DNA of 64,000 nt, taken from Dehalococcoidales bacterium. Its GTDB lineage: Bacteria > Chloroflexota > Dehalococcoidia > Dehalococcoidales > UBA1222. The stretch's first letter is position 1; each line of letters opens with the position of its first letter. The notes beneath the pieces were generated by a model. The model worked only from the letters and a program-made list of their open reading frames with translations, made no database searches and was not told the origin of the DNA. Position numbers and translations under genes: made by a program. This document shows positions 20,290 to 29,374 of this stretch, piece by piece. The stretch is taken from NCBI GenBank assembly GCA_016286345.1, contig JAEESL010000001.1, positions 50,219 to 114,218 of the forward strand, read 5' to 3'.

Positions 20290-21348
20290 TTACTCCTTCT
20301 CCCAGTTCCAAGTGTAGGAGGTATAGCGTCCTCCGCTGATCTTGATGATTTCCTCGTTTTTCAGCATCTCTGCTAATGCCCGCTCCACGGTCTTCTGACT
20401 GATATCCGGACACTGCCGCATGATCTGTGTCTTTGTGATCCGTCCTGTTGTGTTACGAATGATTTCCCGGACCCTGTCAGGTTTGGATAGTCTTCTTGTA
20501 ATCAGGATATCCACTCGGGACGCAAACTCCCGGTAGGCAGCGATCACAACACCCAACATATAACGGACGAAGGGGAGAGGATCGTTTGTTCCTTCATGCC
20601 ATCCGGTTGAGCTTTCTTGAAGAACGTCGTAATAGGTCTCTTTGCTGTCTGCTATTAATCTTTCGATACTTATATATTTTCCGACAAAATATCCTGAACG
20701 ATAAAGAAGAAGCAGTGTGAGTAGACGGCTCATACGGCCGTTTCCATCGTTGAAGGGGTGGATACAAAGGAAGTCTAGGATGAAAATCGGCATCAGTAGA
20801 AGGGGATCTAGTTCGGGATCCGTCATAGCCTCCTGAAGAGCGCTGCAAAGGGCATCCATGGCCTCTGTTGTTTCCCATGCCGGAACCGGTTGGAAACGAA
20901 TGCGCTTTGATCCGTCGGGCAGCTCCTCCGCGATGATGTTATCGGAGTTTTTGAAACTGCCTCCGATGGTAGTATTGCTGAATTTATAGAGGTCCCGGTG
21001 CAGTTGCAGGATCATGCTAGACCTGACGGGAATATAGTCATAGTTTTCGTGCACCGTTTTCAGCACATCACGGTAACCGGCAATCTCGCGTTCACTTCGC
21101 CCTTTGGGCATTGTTTTGTTCATTACGATCTGTTTCAGCCGGTCATCGGTGGTAATAATACCTTCAATACGGTTGGAAGCTTCAGTGCTCTGGATTTTCG
21201 CGATCTCCAGTAGCTTGGACAGGGTGTCCTTCTGCGCTTCAATAAACAGATTCTGCTGACCTTTCATTTCGTGGATCTGTGCCAGGTATGATACGATTTC
21301 GGGAGAGAGCAGTTTCTGGTATTCAGTTTTGTAATTCAGAGTTCTCAT
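20290..21348 (-). CDS. Fic-family protein (class II, with intramolecular inhibitory helix) and C-terminal winged-helix domain
   Basis: Fic motif HPFNDGNGRMSR. N-terminal inhibitory motif SNRIEG matches (S/T)xxxE(G/N). C-terminal HTH-like region TKTQIMRQCPDISQKTVERALAEML. Confidence 0.8.
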   Translation of the reverse strand: MRTLNYKTEYQKLLSPEIVSYLAQIHEMKGQQNLFIEAQKDTLSKLLEIAKIQSTEASNRIEGIITTDDRLKQIVMNKTMPKGRSEREIAGYRDVLKTVHENYDYIPVRSSMILQLHRDLYKFSNTTIGGSFKNSDNIIAEELPDGSKRIRFQPVPAWETTEAMDALCSALQEAMTDPELDPLLLMPIFILDFLCIHPFNDGNGRMSRLLTLLLLYRSGYFVGKYISIERLIADSKETYYDVLQESSTGWHEGTNDPLPFVRYMLGVVIAAYREFASRVDILITRRLSKPDRVREIIRNTTGRITKTQIMRQCPDISQKTVERALAEMLKNEEIIKISGGRYTSYTWNWEKE

Positions 21349-21376
21349 TCATTATCCTCTTTTCAGAGTTTAATAT

Positions 21377-21465
21377 AGTCATTTAAATCAAATATGACAT
21401 AATTGAATATTACTGTATACACTGTAAAAAGACAAGTAATAAAGTCATTTAAATCGCAAATGACT
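21377..21465. repeat. Two copies of AGTCATTTAAATC, each part of an imperfect palindrome, in the fic upstream region
   Basis: 13-mer at 21377-21389 and at 21443-21455. The second unit, agtcattt aaatcgc aaatgact, is a perfect 8-bp inverted repeat. Confidence 0.5.
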
Positions 21466-21578
21466 ATATTGATTTGCCTTTTGTTCTATAGAATAATCAG
21501 ATTTTGATTACTGTTGTCACGGACTAAACAAAATTGCTTGCAACTCACATAAATACCGGGTTTCTGAGAAACTCTGTA

Positions 21579-22559
21579 TTACTCCCACTCGATTGTTGCA
21601 ATTGGTTTAGGTGACAGATCGTAAAGTACTCTGTTTACACCTTTTACTTCATTGACAATTCTGTTTGTTATGACCTGCAGAAGTTCAAAAGGAATGTTCT
21701 CCACTGTAGCAGTCATGGCATCCTTGGTGTTCACAGCACGGATGACAACGAACCAGTCCCAGAGACGTTTTCCGTCTTTTACACCGGTTGATTTGTAATC
21801 AGGAACAATAGTGAAGTACTGCCAGACCTTATTCTGAAGACCAGCTTTTTTGAATTCTTCTCTCAAAATTGCATCAGACTCTCTTACTGCTTCAAGTCTG
21901 TCTCTTGTGATTGCACCAGTGCATCTTACACCGAGACCAGGGCCCGGGAACGGCTGTCTGTATACCATTTCATCAGGCAATCCGAGAGCTTTTCCTACCA
22001 TTCGTACTTCATCTTTGAAAAGCAATTTAACAGGTTCCACGAGCTGGAATTTAAGATCTTCGGGAAGACCGCCGACGTTATGGTGTGCCTTAACACCATT
22101 GCTTTCGAGAATATCAGGATAGATGGTTCCCTGACCGAGGAATGTGATTCCATCGAGCTTTCGTGCTTCTTCCTCAAAAACCTTGATGAATTCTGCGCCG
22201 ATGATCTTTCGCTTCTGTTCAGGATCGGCAACTCCGGCCAGCTTGTCAAGGAATCTGTCAGTTGCATCAATGTAAATCAGGTTGGCATTCATCTGGTTTC
22301 TGAATACCTCGATGACCTGTTCAGGTTCACCTTTTCTTAACAGACCATGGTTAACATGTATACAGGTCAGCTGTTTGCCGATTGCTTTGATCAGCAGGGC
22401 AGCACAGACTGAAGAGTCGACTCCTCCGCTGAGAGCCAGAAGTACTTTTTTGTCTCCTATCTGCTCACGAAGGATTTTGACCTGTTCATCAATAAATACT
22501 TGAGCGAGCTGTTCATTTTCGATTCTTATCATATCGCTTGGTCTTACATTGTTTTCCAT
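21579..22559 (-). CDS. guaA: GMP synthase, ATP-pyrophosphatase plus dimerisation domains only (no GATase domain)
   Basis: 326 aa. PP-loop LSGGVDSSV and the C-terminal end ...PIATIEWE. No glutamine amidotransferase domain in this ORF or in its neighbours. Confidence 0.88.
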   Translation of the reverse strand: MENNVRPSDMIRIENEQLAQVFIDEQVKILREQIGDKKVLLALSGGVDSSVCAALLIKAIGKQLTCIHVNHGLLRKGEPEQVIEVFRNQMNANLIYIDATDRFLDKLAGVADPEQKRKIIGAEFIKVFEEEARKLDGITFLGQGTIYPDILESNGVKAHHNVGGLPEDLKFQLVEPVKLLFKDEVRMVGKALGLPDEMVYRQPFPGPGLGVRCTGAITRDRLEAVRESDAILREEFKKAGLQNKVWQYFTIVPDYKSTGVKDGKRLWDWFVVIRAVNTKDAMTATVENIPFELLQVITNRIVNEVKGVNRVLYDLSPKPIATIEWE

Positions 22560-22694
22560 GGCTTATCTCCATTTTTCAGATATCGAAAGATTATCACTTT
22601 GGACGATTATATGTCTATTGAATTACAGATTAAATAATCAGAAATATTTATTTTTTTTGTTATACAACAATGAAAAATCCTATAATTTATTAGT

Positions 22695-23729
22695 ATGCTG
22701 AAATCATATTCTAAAGCTGTTGAGTATTTTGAAAACGGTGTTGTTGTTTATCCGACAGATACTGTTTACGGGATCGGCTGTGTCTTTGATAACGATTCCT
22801 CAGTAAAAAGGATATATGATCTGAAAAACAGAGATCATTCAAAAGCACTGCCGTTACTGATATCTGATATTTCCCAGCTGAGAATGCTGACTGATGATGT
22901 AAGCGAATCAGCCCGAAAACTGATGGATGTTTTCTGGCCAGGGGCACTTACCCTGGTATTTAATCATAACGGGCATGTTTCGGATCTTATTACCGCAGGT
23001 AAGCCGACTGTTGCTGTCCGTATGCCTGATAATCCGGATCTGAGAGCAGTGATCGATAAACTGGGGAAGCCGATCATAGGAACCAGTGCCAATCTGAGCG
23101 GAGAACCGAGCATAACGTCGTACCGTGATGCGGCTAAACGTTTTGCAGGAACAGCAGACATGGTCATAAACGGAAAATGCCATGACAACATACCTTCCAC
23201 GATCGTGGATGTTACTGATGAATGTCCCGTTATCATAAGAAGAGGGTCAATAACCGAGGACGAAATAGAAAAAGTCATAAATGAAAGGGCTTGTAAAATG
23301 AAAATTGCTATCGGAAGTGATCACAGAGGAAGTACCCTGAGAAACAGTTTGATAGACCATCTTGTGTCTCTTAAATGTGAAGTCATTGATTGCGGAACAA
23401 GTGCCGATCATCCTGTTGATTATCCGGTCATTGCCAGGGATGTCGCGGAGAGAGTACAGAACGGTTCAGTGGACTACGGAATACTGATCTGCGGTACCGG
23501 TCTGGGAATGAGCATTGCATCGAATAAATTCAAGGGAATCCGTGCAGCTCTTTGCAACAGCACATTTATGGCTGAAAGAGCCAGGCTCCACAACAATGCA
23601 AACATTCTTTGTCTCGGTGCTGAATTTGATGTCGACCAGAATGCAATTGTTGATGTTTTCATTAAGCAGGAATATGAAGGCGGCCGTCATCAGAAACGGC
23701 TTGATATGATCGCTTCATTCGAGAAATGA
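22695..23729 (+). CDS. Fusion protein: L-threonylcarbamoyladenylate synthase (TsaC/YrdC/Sua5 domain) plus ribose-5-phosphate isomerase B
   Basis: aa 1-201 carry YPTDTVYGIGC and KALPLL (YrdC fold). aa 202-344 begin MKIAIGSDHRG and include ILICGTGLGMSIA (RpiB/LacAB). The frame is continuous across the junction at 23298. Confidence 0.8.
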   Translation: MLKSYSKAVEYFENGVVVYPTDTVYGIGCVFDNDSSVKRIYDLKNRDHSKALPLLISDISQLRMLTDDVSESARKLMDVFWPGALTLVFNHNGHVSDLITAGKPTVAVRMPDNPDLRAVIDKLGKPIIGTSANLSGEPSITSYRDAAKRFAGTADMVINGKCHDNIPSTIVDVTDECPVIIRRGSITEDEIEKVINERACKMKIAIGSDHRGSTLRNSLIDHLVSLKCEVIDCGTSADHPVDYPVIARDVAERVQNGSVDYGILICGTGLGMSIASNKFKGIRAALCNSTFMAERARLHNNANILCLGAEFDVDQNAIVDVFIKQEYEGGRHQKRLDMIASFEK

Positions 23730-23730
23730 A

Positions 23731-25047
23731 ATGGACCGAAAAGATATATATGCTGAAGAGCTTTCTGCTCTTATTCAATACAATACCGTGTCTCCCTGTT
23801 GTGAACTTGATATGGACCGTATCGATGCGTTTCATATCAAGCTCAGGGAAATGTTTCCGAATATCTTCAAGCTTGGAGATGTCAAAGAATTTGATGGTTC
23901 ATATCTGATCAGAATTGCCGGAAAGGATTCTGCCATGCTTCCGTGTATGCTGATGAGCCATCATGACGTTGTCGAGGCACTGGGCAACTGGAAGTATCCT
24001 CCGTTCAGCGGAACGATTGCAGACGGAAGAGTATGGGGCAGGGGCGCAATTGATAATAAAGCAATGTTCTGGGCTATCATGAGAACTGTCGATGATTATA
24101 TTGCCCAGGGCAACCGTACTGATGCTGATCTTTATATTGTTACTACCTGCAATGAAGAAAATCAGGGCGGCGGTTCTGTTGCCATAGCAGAATACCTGAA
24201 AAACAATGGCATCCGATTCAGATTTATTCTTGATGAAGGTTCTATGATCGTCCGTGATCTAATGCCCTGTATGACAGGATTGTTTGCCATGATCGGTGTC
24301 ACTGAAAAAAGCATATGTGACCTGAAGTTCATTGCCAGAGGAGCAGGCGGCCATGCCAGTGTACCGCCGAAAAACAATCCGCTGGCACGTCTTGCAGCCT
24401 TTATAAATGAAGTTGAAACGAATGATATTTATTCTTCATATATCACGGATACTGAATCTGAAATGCTCAGACGCATGGCTCCGTATATGACCGGAAAAAT
24501 GAAGGATCTGTGTCAGAATATTTCAGGCTTTCAGGATGAACTTATAAAAGAGCTGGATATCAATAACGCTTCATTCGCTGCCATGACTAGAACTACCATT
24601 GCGTTCACAATGGCCAATGGTTCAAATGCATCAAATGTCATTCCAACTGAGGCATATGTGATAGCCAATATGCGCTGTGCCAAACATATCTCAATAGATG
24701 AAAGTCTGGATACAATTGCAGGTATTGCACGGAAACATGACGTAGATATGGAAGTTCTGAACCGCGGAATCGATAATGCGGTAACAGATTATCATTCACC
24801 CGAGTTTAAATTGATTGAGAATGCTGTAAACAAGGTATTTCCGGGAGTTATCACAGTTCCTGTTCTTCTGAACGGAGGCACTGACAGCCGTAATTTTTCC
24901 TGTGTCTGTTCAAATATCATGCGTTTTACTGCTATTGTTGCCACTCCTGAACAGGAAAGAACTGAACACGGCATCGATGAGTTTATTGAGATTGATTCAT
25001 TGCCTTTGTTATATGATTTCATAAAAGAAGTGCTTATGAGCATCTGA
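23731..25047 (+). CDS. M20-family metallopeptidase / deacylase
   Basis: 438 aa. MSHHDVV, GRGAIDNK and CNEENQGG metal-ligand motifs. Confidence 0.75.
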   Translation: MDRKDIYAEELSALIQYNTVSPCCELDMDRIDAFHIKLREMFPNIFKLGDVKEFDGSYLIRIAGKDSAMLPCMLMSHHDVVEALGNWKYPPFSGTIADGRVWGRGAIDNKAMFWAIMRTVDDYIAQGNRTDADLYIVTTCNEENQGGGSVAIAEYLKNNGIRFRFILDEGSMIVRDLMPCMTGLFAMIGVTEKSICDLKFIARGAGGHASVPPKNNPLARLAAFINEVETNDIYSSYITDTESEMLRRMAPYMTGKMKDLCQNISGFQDELIKELDINNASFAAMTRTTIAFTMANGSNASNVIPTEAYVIANMRCAKHISIDESLDTIAGIARKHDVDMEVLNRGIDNAVTDYHSPEFKLIENAVNKVFPGVITVPVLLNGGTDSRNFSCVCSNIMRFTAIVATPEQERTEHGIDEFIEIDSLPLLYDFIKEVLMSI

Positions 25048-25079
25048 TACGATAAAATAAGCATTATTAGGAGAAGCTC

Positions 25080-26612
25080 ATGGAACGTATTTCTATTTTT
25101 GATACAACACTGAGAGACGGAGAACAGGCCGCCGGCGGTTCATTGAATGTCAAGGAAAAGATTGAAGTTGCAAAACAGCTCGAGAACCTTGGCGTTAATG
25201 TGATCGAGGCAGGTTTTCCTATCAGTTCAAAAGGTGATTTCGAATCCGTCAAAGCTATCGGTAAAGCCATTCGGAATCTTTCGGTATGCGGATTGGCAAG
25301 AGCAAATATCAAGGATATTGATGCATGCTGGGATGCACTGAAAGGTGCTGCCGATCCCAGACTGCATATTTTTATCTCAGCATCACCCGTCCAGATGAAG
25401 TATCAGCTTAATAAAACTCCTGAACAGGTGCTGGATTATGCTGTCAAAGCTGTCGCGCATGCACACAAGTATCTTTCAAATATCGAGTTTTCTCCGATGG
25501 ATGCAACACGTGCAGATAAGGAATTTCTGTATAAACTGATCGAAGCAGTCATTGATAAAGGTGCATCAGTCATCAATATCCCTGATACAGTCGGTTATTC
25601 TGTACCTGCTGAATACGGAAAATTGATTAAGGATCTGAGAAAGAATGTTCCGAACATAGATAAGGCTGTTATCAGTGTGCATTGTCATAACGATATGGGC
25701 CTCGCTGTTGCAAATTCGATTGAAGCCATAAGCAACGGTGCACGTCAGGTCGAATGTACTGTTAACGGTATCGGTGAAAGAGCAGGCAATGCCTCTCTTG
25801 AAGAAATCGTCATGATCCTGAAAACCAGAAAAGATTTCTTCAAAAAATATGAAACTTCGATCAACTCTGAACTGATTTATCCAACTTCACGAATGGTTTC
25901 AGAAATGACCGGTTTCCCGATTCCTGTCAATAAAGCGATTGTGGGTGCCAATGCATTCCGACACGAATCCGGTATCCATCAGGATGGAGTCATTAAGAAT
26001 TCCTCGACGTTTGAGATCATCAATCCGAGAAATGTCGGTGTTCCTTCATCCAGTCTTGTTATGGGGAAACTTTCCGGAAGCCATGCCCTGAAAGAAAGAC
26101 TTGCAGAACTGGGATATTCCCTCAGTGAGACCGATTTCCAGGGAGTTTTTAATGCATTCAAGGAAATTGCCGACCGTAAGAAAGAAGTCGAAGATAAGGA
26201 TATTGAAGAATTAGTCGCTGAGTATCAGAGAAATCTTAATTATTCGTATATCCTGAAGAGGATCCAGGTCAGCTGCGGAGATAAAGGTCTTCCTACTGCA
26301 TCCATCATCCTCCAGAGCCCAGACGGTACTGAGTATGCAAATGCAGAGATAGGATCAGGCCCGATCGATGCTGTGTATAAGGCGATCGACAATATCGTTA
26401 AGGTCCCGAACACTCTTACGGAATTCAGCGTTAATTCCATCACTCATGGTATTGATGCCATCGGATCCGTAATTGTCAGAATCGAAAACAACAATACTGT
26501 ATATACAGGCAGAGGCGCTGATGTTGATATTATCGTTGCCAGTGCTAAAGCATATCTGAATGCATTGAACCGTCTGATCGCCAGCAATAAAACAGTCACC
26601 GACGAAAAATAA
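25080..26612 (+). CDS. leuA: 2-isopropylmalate synthase (LeuA/CimA family)
   Basis: 510 aa. TTLRDGEQ and HCHNDMGLAVAN motifs, plus a C-terminal LeuA-dimer regulatory domain. Citramalate synthase cannot be excluded. Confidence 0.8.
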   Translation: MERISIFDTTLRDGEQAAGGSLNVKEKIEVAKQLENLGVNVIEAGFPISSKGDFESVKAIGKAIRNLSVCGLARANIKDIDACWDALKGAADPRLHIFISASPVQMKYQLNKTPEQVLDYAVKAVAHAHKYLSNIEFSPMDATRADKEFLYKLIEAVIDKGASVINIPDTVGYSVPAEYGKLIKDLRKNVPNIDKAVISVHCHNDMGLAVANSIEAISNGARQVECTVNGIGERAGNASLEEIVMILKTRKDFFKKYETSINSELIYPTSRMVSEMTGFPIPVNKAIVGANAFRHESGIHQDGVIKNSSTFEIINPRNVGVPSSSLVMGKLSGSHALKERLAELGYSLSETDFQGVFNAFKEIADRKKEVEDKDIEELVAEYQRNLNYSYILKRIQVSCGDKGLPTASIILQSPDGTEYANAEIGSGPIDAVYKAIDNIVKVPNTLTEFSVNSITHGIDAIGSVIVRIENNNTVYTGRGADVDIIVASAKAYLNALNRLIASNKTVTDEK

Positions 26613-26631
26613 TCTGTTTAAGGGAATAACA

Positions 26632-27222
26632 ATGAGCGAAATTAAGAGTGCTTTTGAGATTGCCATGGAGCGCATCAATAAGATGGGCGAAGCTACTGAA
26701 GAAGACAAACTGAAGTGGAAATATGAGCCTGTCGGTCAGCAGTTGGCAATGAAATTTGTTAAGGGTGAAGCTGATCTTTCGGAAGAACTTGAATCTGTAG
26801 ATCCGAAAGGTCTTGTATATGTAAGAAAAGCAGTTCAGGAAGTGCTTGGCGGTCTGGTTGTATTGCCTGTAAAGGACGTTGTTCCCAAACAGCTAGATAA
26901 AGCACTTGAAGGGCTTGTTATTATCAAAGAGGATAAAGCAACAGCAAATCAGATAGCATCCCAGATCAGACAGCTGATGGAACAATATGTTACAAATGGT
27001 GCGGCACAGCGAAAACAGGCTTCTGAGATGCTGAAACAGACATTTTCCCAGAAACTCCGTTCTGCTGCATCACAGATGAGCAAATCAATTGATACCGATT
27101 CACTTGATGTGGAAGCTCTTCCCCAGTACAGGGAACAGCTTGCGGAGCTCAACGGAAAGATCAGTGAACAATATCAGATGTATCTGACAGATTTTAAAAA
27201 CCAATTATTTGCTCTGGAATAA
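26632..27222 (+). CDS. Hypothetical protein (helical, charged)
   Basis: 196-aa ORF placed 19 nt after leuA. No family recognised. Confidence 0.5.
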   Translation: MSEIKSAFEIAMERINKMGEATEEDKLKWKYEPVGQQLAMKFVKGEADLSEELESVDPKGLVYVRKAVQEVLGGLVVLPVKDVVPKQLDKALEGLVIIKEDKATANQIASQIRQLMEQYVTNGAAQRKQASEMLKQTFSQKLRSAASQMSKSIDTDSLDVEALPQYREQLAELNGKISEQYQMYLTDFKNQLFALE

Positions 27223-27225
27223 TCC

Positions 27226-27903
27226 ATGGAAGATGAAGAACTCGTAAAACTGGCGGTAAGAAGTACCTTCGTTCTAAGATATCCGACACAGACACTTGAG
27301 ACATTCGGTGTTACAAATATCGAATACTTTATTCTGACAAAACCCGTTTATGATACAGATGAAGAGAAACATGAAACTGTGATAAGGACAGGACATGTTA
27401 TTGCTTCCAAGCCCCAGATTATTACTCCATATTACATGGCGAAGGCTGAAAGCTTCAGTGAGGAAGCTATCAATTATCTGAAGACACAGAAACAGGTGCT
27501 TGCCAGTCTGCTGTACACATATAAGAATGAACCCGGAGAACTTCAGATTGTGGACGGAACAGTTTCAACGGTTGCTGCAAGGATAGCTGCAGACCTTGAT
27601 AACAAGAATGCCAGACTGAGTGCCATAATCACCGGTGAGGATACCCACTGGGATCTCTCCCTGATGAAATTCATTGTCGATTACACCCGTGATTCAATTC
27701 CGAACAATGTCAATGAACTGAATAAAAGACATCTCATAGATATTGATCACAGAGGTGTTCCCAGATCTGCACGTATTGATATCGAGCGAATGTTTGAGGA
27801 AGTGCAGGGCGGCAGTTTGGATCCTGACGAACTGAAAACCGAACTGGATAACTGGGATCTCTTTGATGAATATGAAGATCGTTTCTATGATCTGTTCAGA
27901 TAA
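27226..27903 (+). CDS. Hypothetical protein
   Basis: 225-aa ORF placed 3 nt after the preceding gene. No family recognised. Confidence 0.5.
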   Translation: MEDEELVKLAVRSTFVLRYPTQTLETFGVTNIEYFILTKPVYDTDEEKHETVIRTGHVIASKPQIITPYYMAKAESFSEEAINYLKTQKQVLASLLYTYKNEPGELQIVDGTVSTVAARIAADLDNKNARLSAIITGEDTHWDLSLMKFIVDYTRDSIPNNVNELNKRHLIDIDHRGVPRSARIDIERMFEEVQGGSLDPDELKTELDNWDLFDEYEDRFYDLFR

Positions 27904-27940
27904 TTTGTTGATTTTTCCGACAGGTTGCTATTATTAAATC

Positions 27941-28432
27941 ATGAACAGAGATTTTTCTTTTAAAGCAATACTTATAGCCCTTGCAGTTGTGCTTTGCATA
28001 GGTGTGACTGTGACTTTTATTTTTTCGGATAATTCATCAAAACCGGGTGGTAAGGATCCGGAGACTACTGTTACCACAAAAACAACCACCACTGATAAAA
28101 CAACAAAAACAAGTGATGATCCTGCTACCACGACAACTTCTGATGAACCGACAGTTACTCCGCCTGCAAAGACGATCAATGATTCACTCGTTGAAAACAG
28201 ATTTGTCAACGTTAATATGGCGGACAACTATTTTGAATTCAGTGCTGATAAGACAGTCAAGGAATTCTATAACGGAAGGGCATACGCCGGTTCATGGTCC
28301 ATTAACGGAACAACACTTACTATCAGAGATGATTCTTCCGGCAATTCCAAGGATTATGTACTGAAGACTGAAGGAATAAATATCCTCAGTTTCTCATACC
28401 TGACCAATACTTTTGAGGCACAGGCAAAATAG
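27941..28432 (+). CDS. Membrane-anchored protein with Thr-rich linker
   Basis: N-terminal TM helix (ILIALAVVLCIGVTVTFIF), a Thr-rich stretch, then a ~90-aa globular domain. Confidence 0.5.
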   Translation: MNRDFSFKAILIALAVVLCIGVTVTFIFSDNSSKPGGKDPETTVTTKTTTTDKTTKTSDDPATTTTSDEPTVTPPAKTINDSLVENRFVNVNMADNYFEFSADKTVKEFYNGRAYAGSWSINGTTLTIRDDSSGNSKDYVLKTEGINILSFSYLTNTFEAQAK

Positions 28433-28475
28433 ATTTTACCTGTTGATGCTCTGACTATCCGGCTTTAATACGGCT

Positions 28476-29306
28476 TCAGTATTTCCATAAATTGTTGAAG
28501 ATGCTGTCTTTTTCCTCTGACTCAGAACTGTCTGTTGAATTGCTGTCTGAGGACGACGTCTCACTGTCAGAAGAGGATATATCACTGAATGAAGAGAACG
28601 TATCACCGAAAGAAAAACTGAATGTATTTTCCGGTTCTTTGTCATTGCTCTTATTCTCTGCTTCTTTCTCGTTGTTCTTATTCTCAGTTTCTTTTTCTTT
28701 GCTCTTATTTTCAGCTTCTTTTTCTTTCGCTTTTTCAGCTCTTTTTTCCTTGAAAGATCTGAATGCAGAAGTGCTGAATATGACCAGTGATGTCACAAAG
28801 TCGATAACTGCACTGACTACCAAACCGATACCGAGTACTTTTATCTGAGTATCGAGTGCGATAAGAGGGTTCTCCTTGCGCATTTGTATCATCATCATTG
28901 CGATACCGAAAACAATGTTGAGGGTTGCAACAACCAAGAGTGTCTGGGGAGTGAATATTTTGAGTCTTTTGATTTTGATGGCATTCTGCATCTCTCTCAG
29001 ACCGTTGATGGTGATCAGTAATGCGAGAATGAAGGTCATGAACTGGGCTACATAGGATTTTCTTATTAGAAATGCAATGCCGACAATAAGAATAATTGAT
29101 CCGTATACCAAACTGTTGCTGGCGATGGTTTGCTTGGGTGAACTAGCGAAGAATCTGATGATATCCAGAATTCCGATGCAGATTATTCCTATACTGATTA
29201 TCATACTGATAGTTTCAAATGCATCAGCCCCTCTGAAAAATGTATAGATACCGATTATCACATATACAACAGGAGCGATCAGCGACAGCAACATTTCTTT
29301 TTTCAT
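28476..29306 (-). CDS. HdeD/DUF308-like membrane protein with repetitive Lys/Glu-rich and Ser-rich C-terminal tail
   Basis: About 6 TM segments with a repeated small-helix pattern. The tail contains 9-aa repeats KEKEAENKS / KEKETENKN / NEKEAENKS. Confidence 0.5.
   Translation of the reverse strand: MKKEMLLSLIAPVVYVIIGIYTFFRGADAFETISMIISIGIICIGILDIIRFFASSPKQTIASNSLVYGSIILIVGIAFLIRKSYVAQFMTFILALLITINGLREMQNAIKIKRLKIFTPQTLLVVATLNIVFGIAMMMIQMRKENPLIALDTQIKVLGIGLVVSAVIDFVTSLVIFSTSAFRSFKEKRAEKAKEKEAENKSKEKETENKNNEKEAENKSNDKEPENTFSFSFGDTFSSFSDISSSDSETSSSDSNSTDSSESEEKDSIFNNLWKY
28618..28727. repeat. 27-nt (9-codon) imperfect tandem repeats inside the HdeD-like gene
   Basis: Units ttgctcttattctctgcttctttctcg, ttgttcttattctcagtttctttttct and ttgctcttattttcagcttctttttct, plus a degenerate flanking copy. 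Confidence 0.7.
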
Positions 29307-29374
29307 TTCACATTCCTCTAAAAAGTGATGACAAAATAATAACTCAATCAGACAAATAATTCAGCTAATTATTT

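Noticed and set aside
18719-21486. The 8-mer TTTTGTTC at both edges of the GC-rich islet (18719-18726 and 21479-21486), considered as att-like direct repeats.
   Set aside because: An 8-bp T-rich match is expected by chance in AT-rich DNA, and no integrase is present.
28492-28848. 118-aa plus-strand ORF (Ser/Leu/Phe-rich) opposite the HdeD-like gene tail.
   Set aside because: It is the mirror image of the K/E repeat region. The minus-strand gene has a coherent TM domain and start context.
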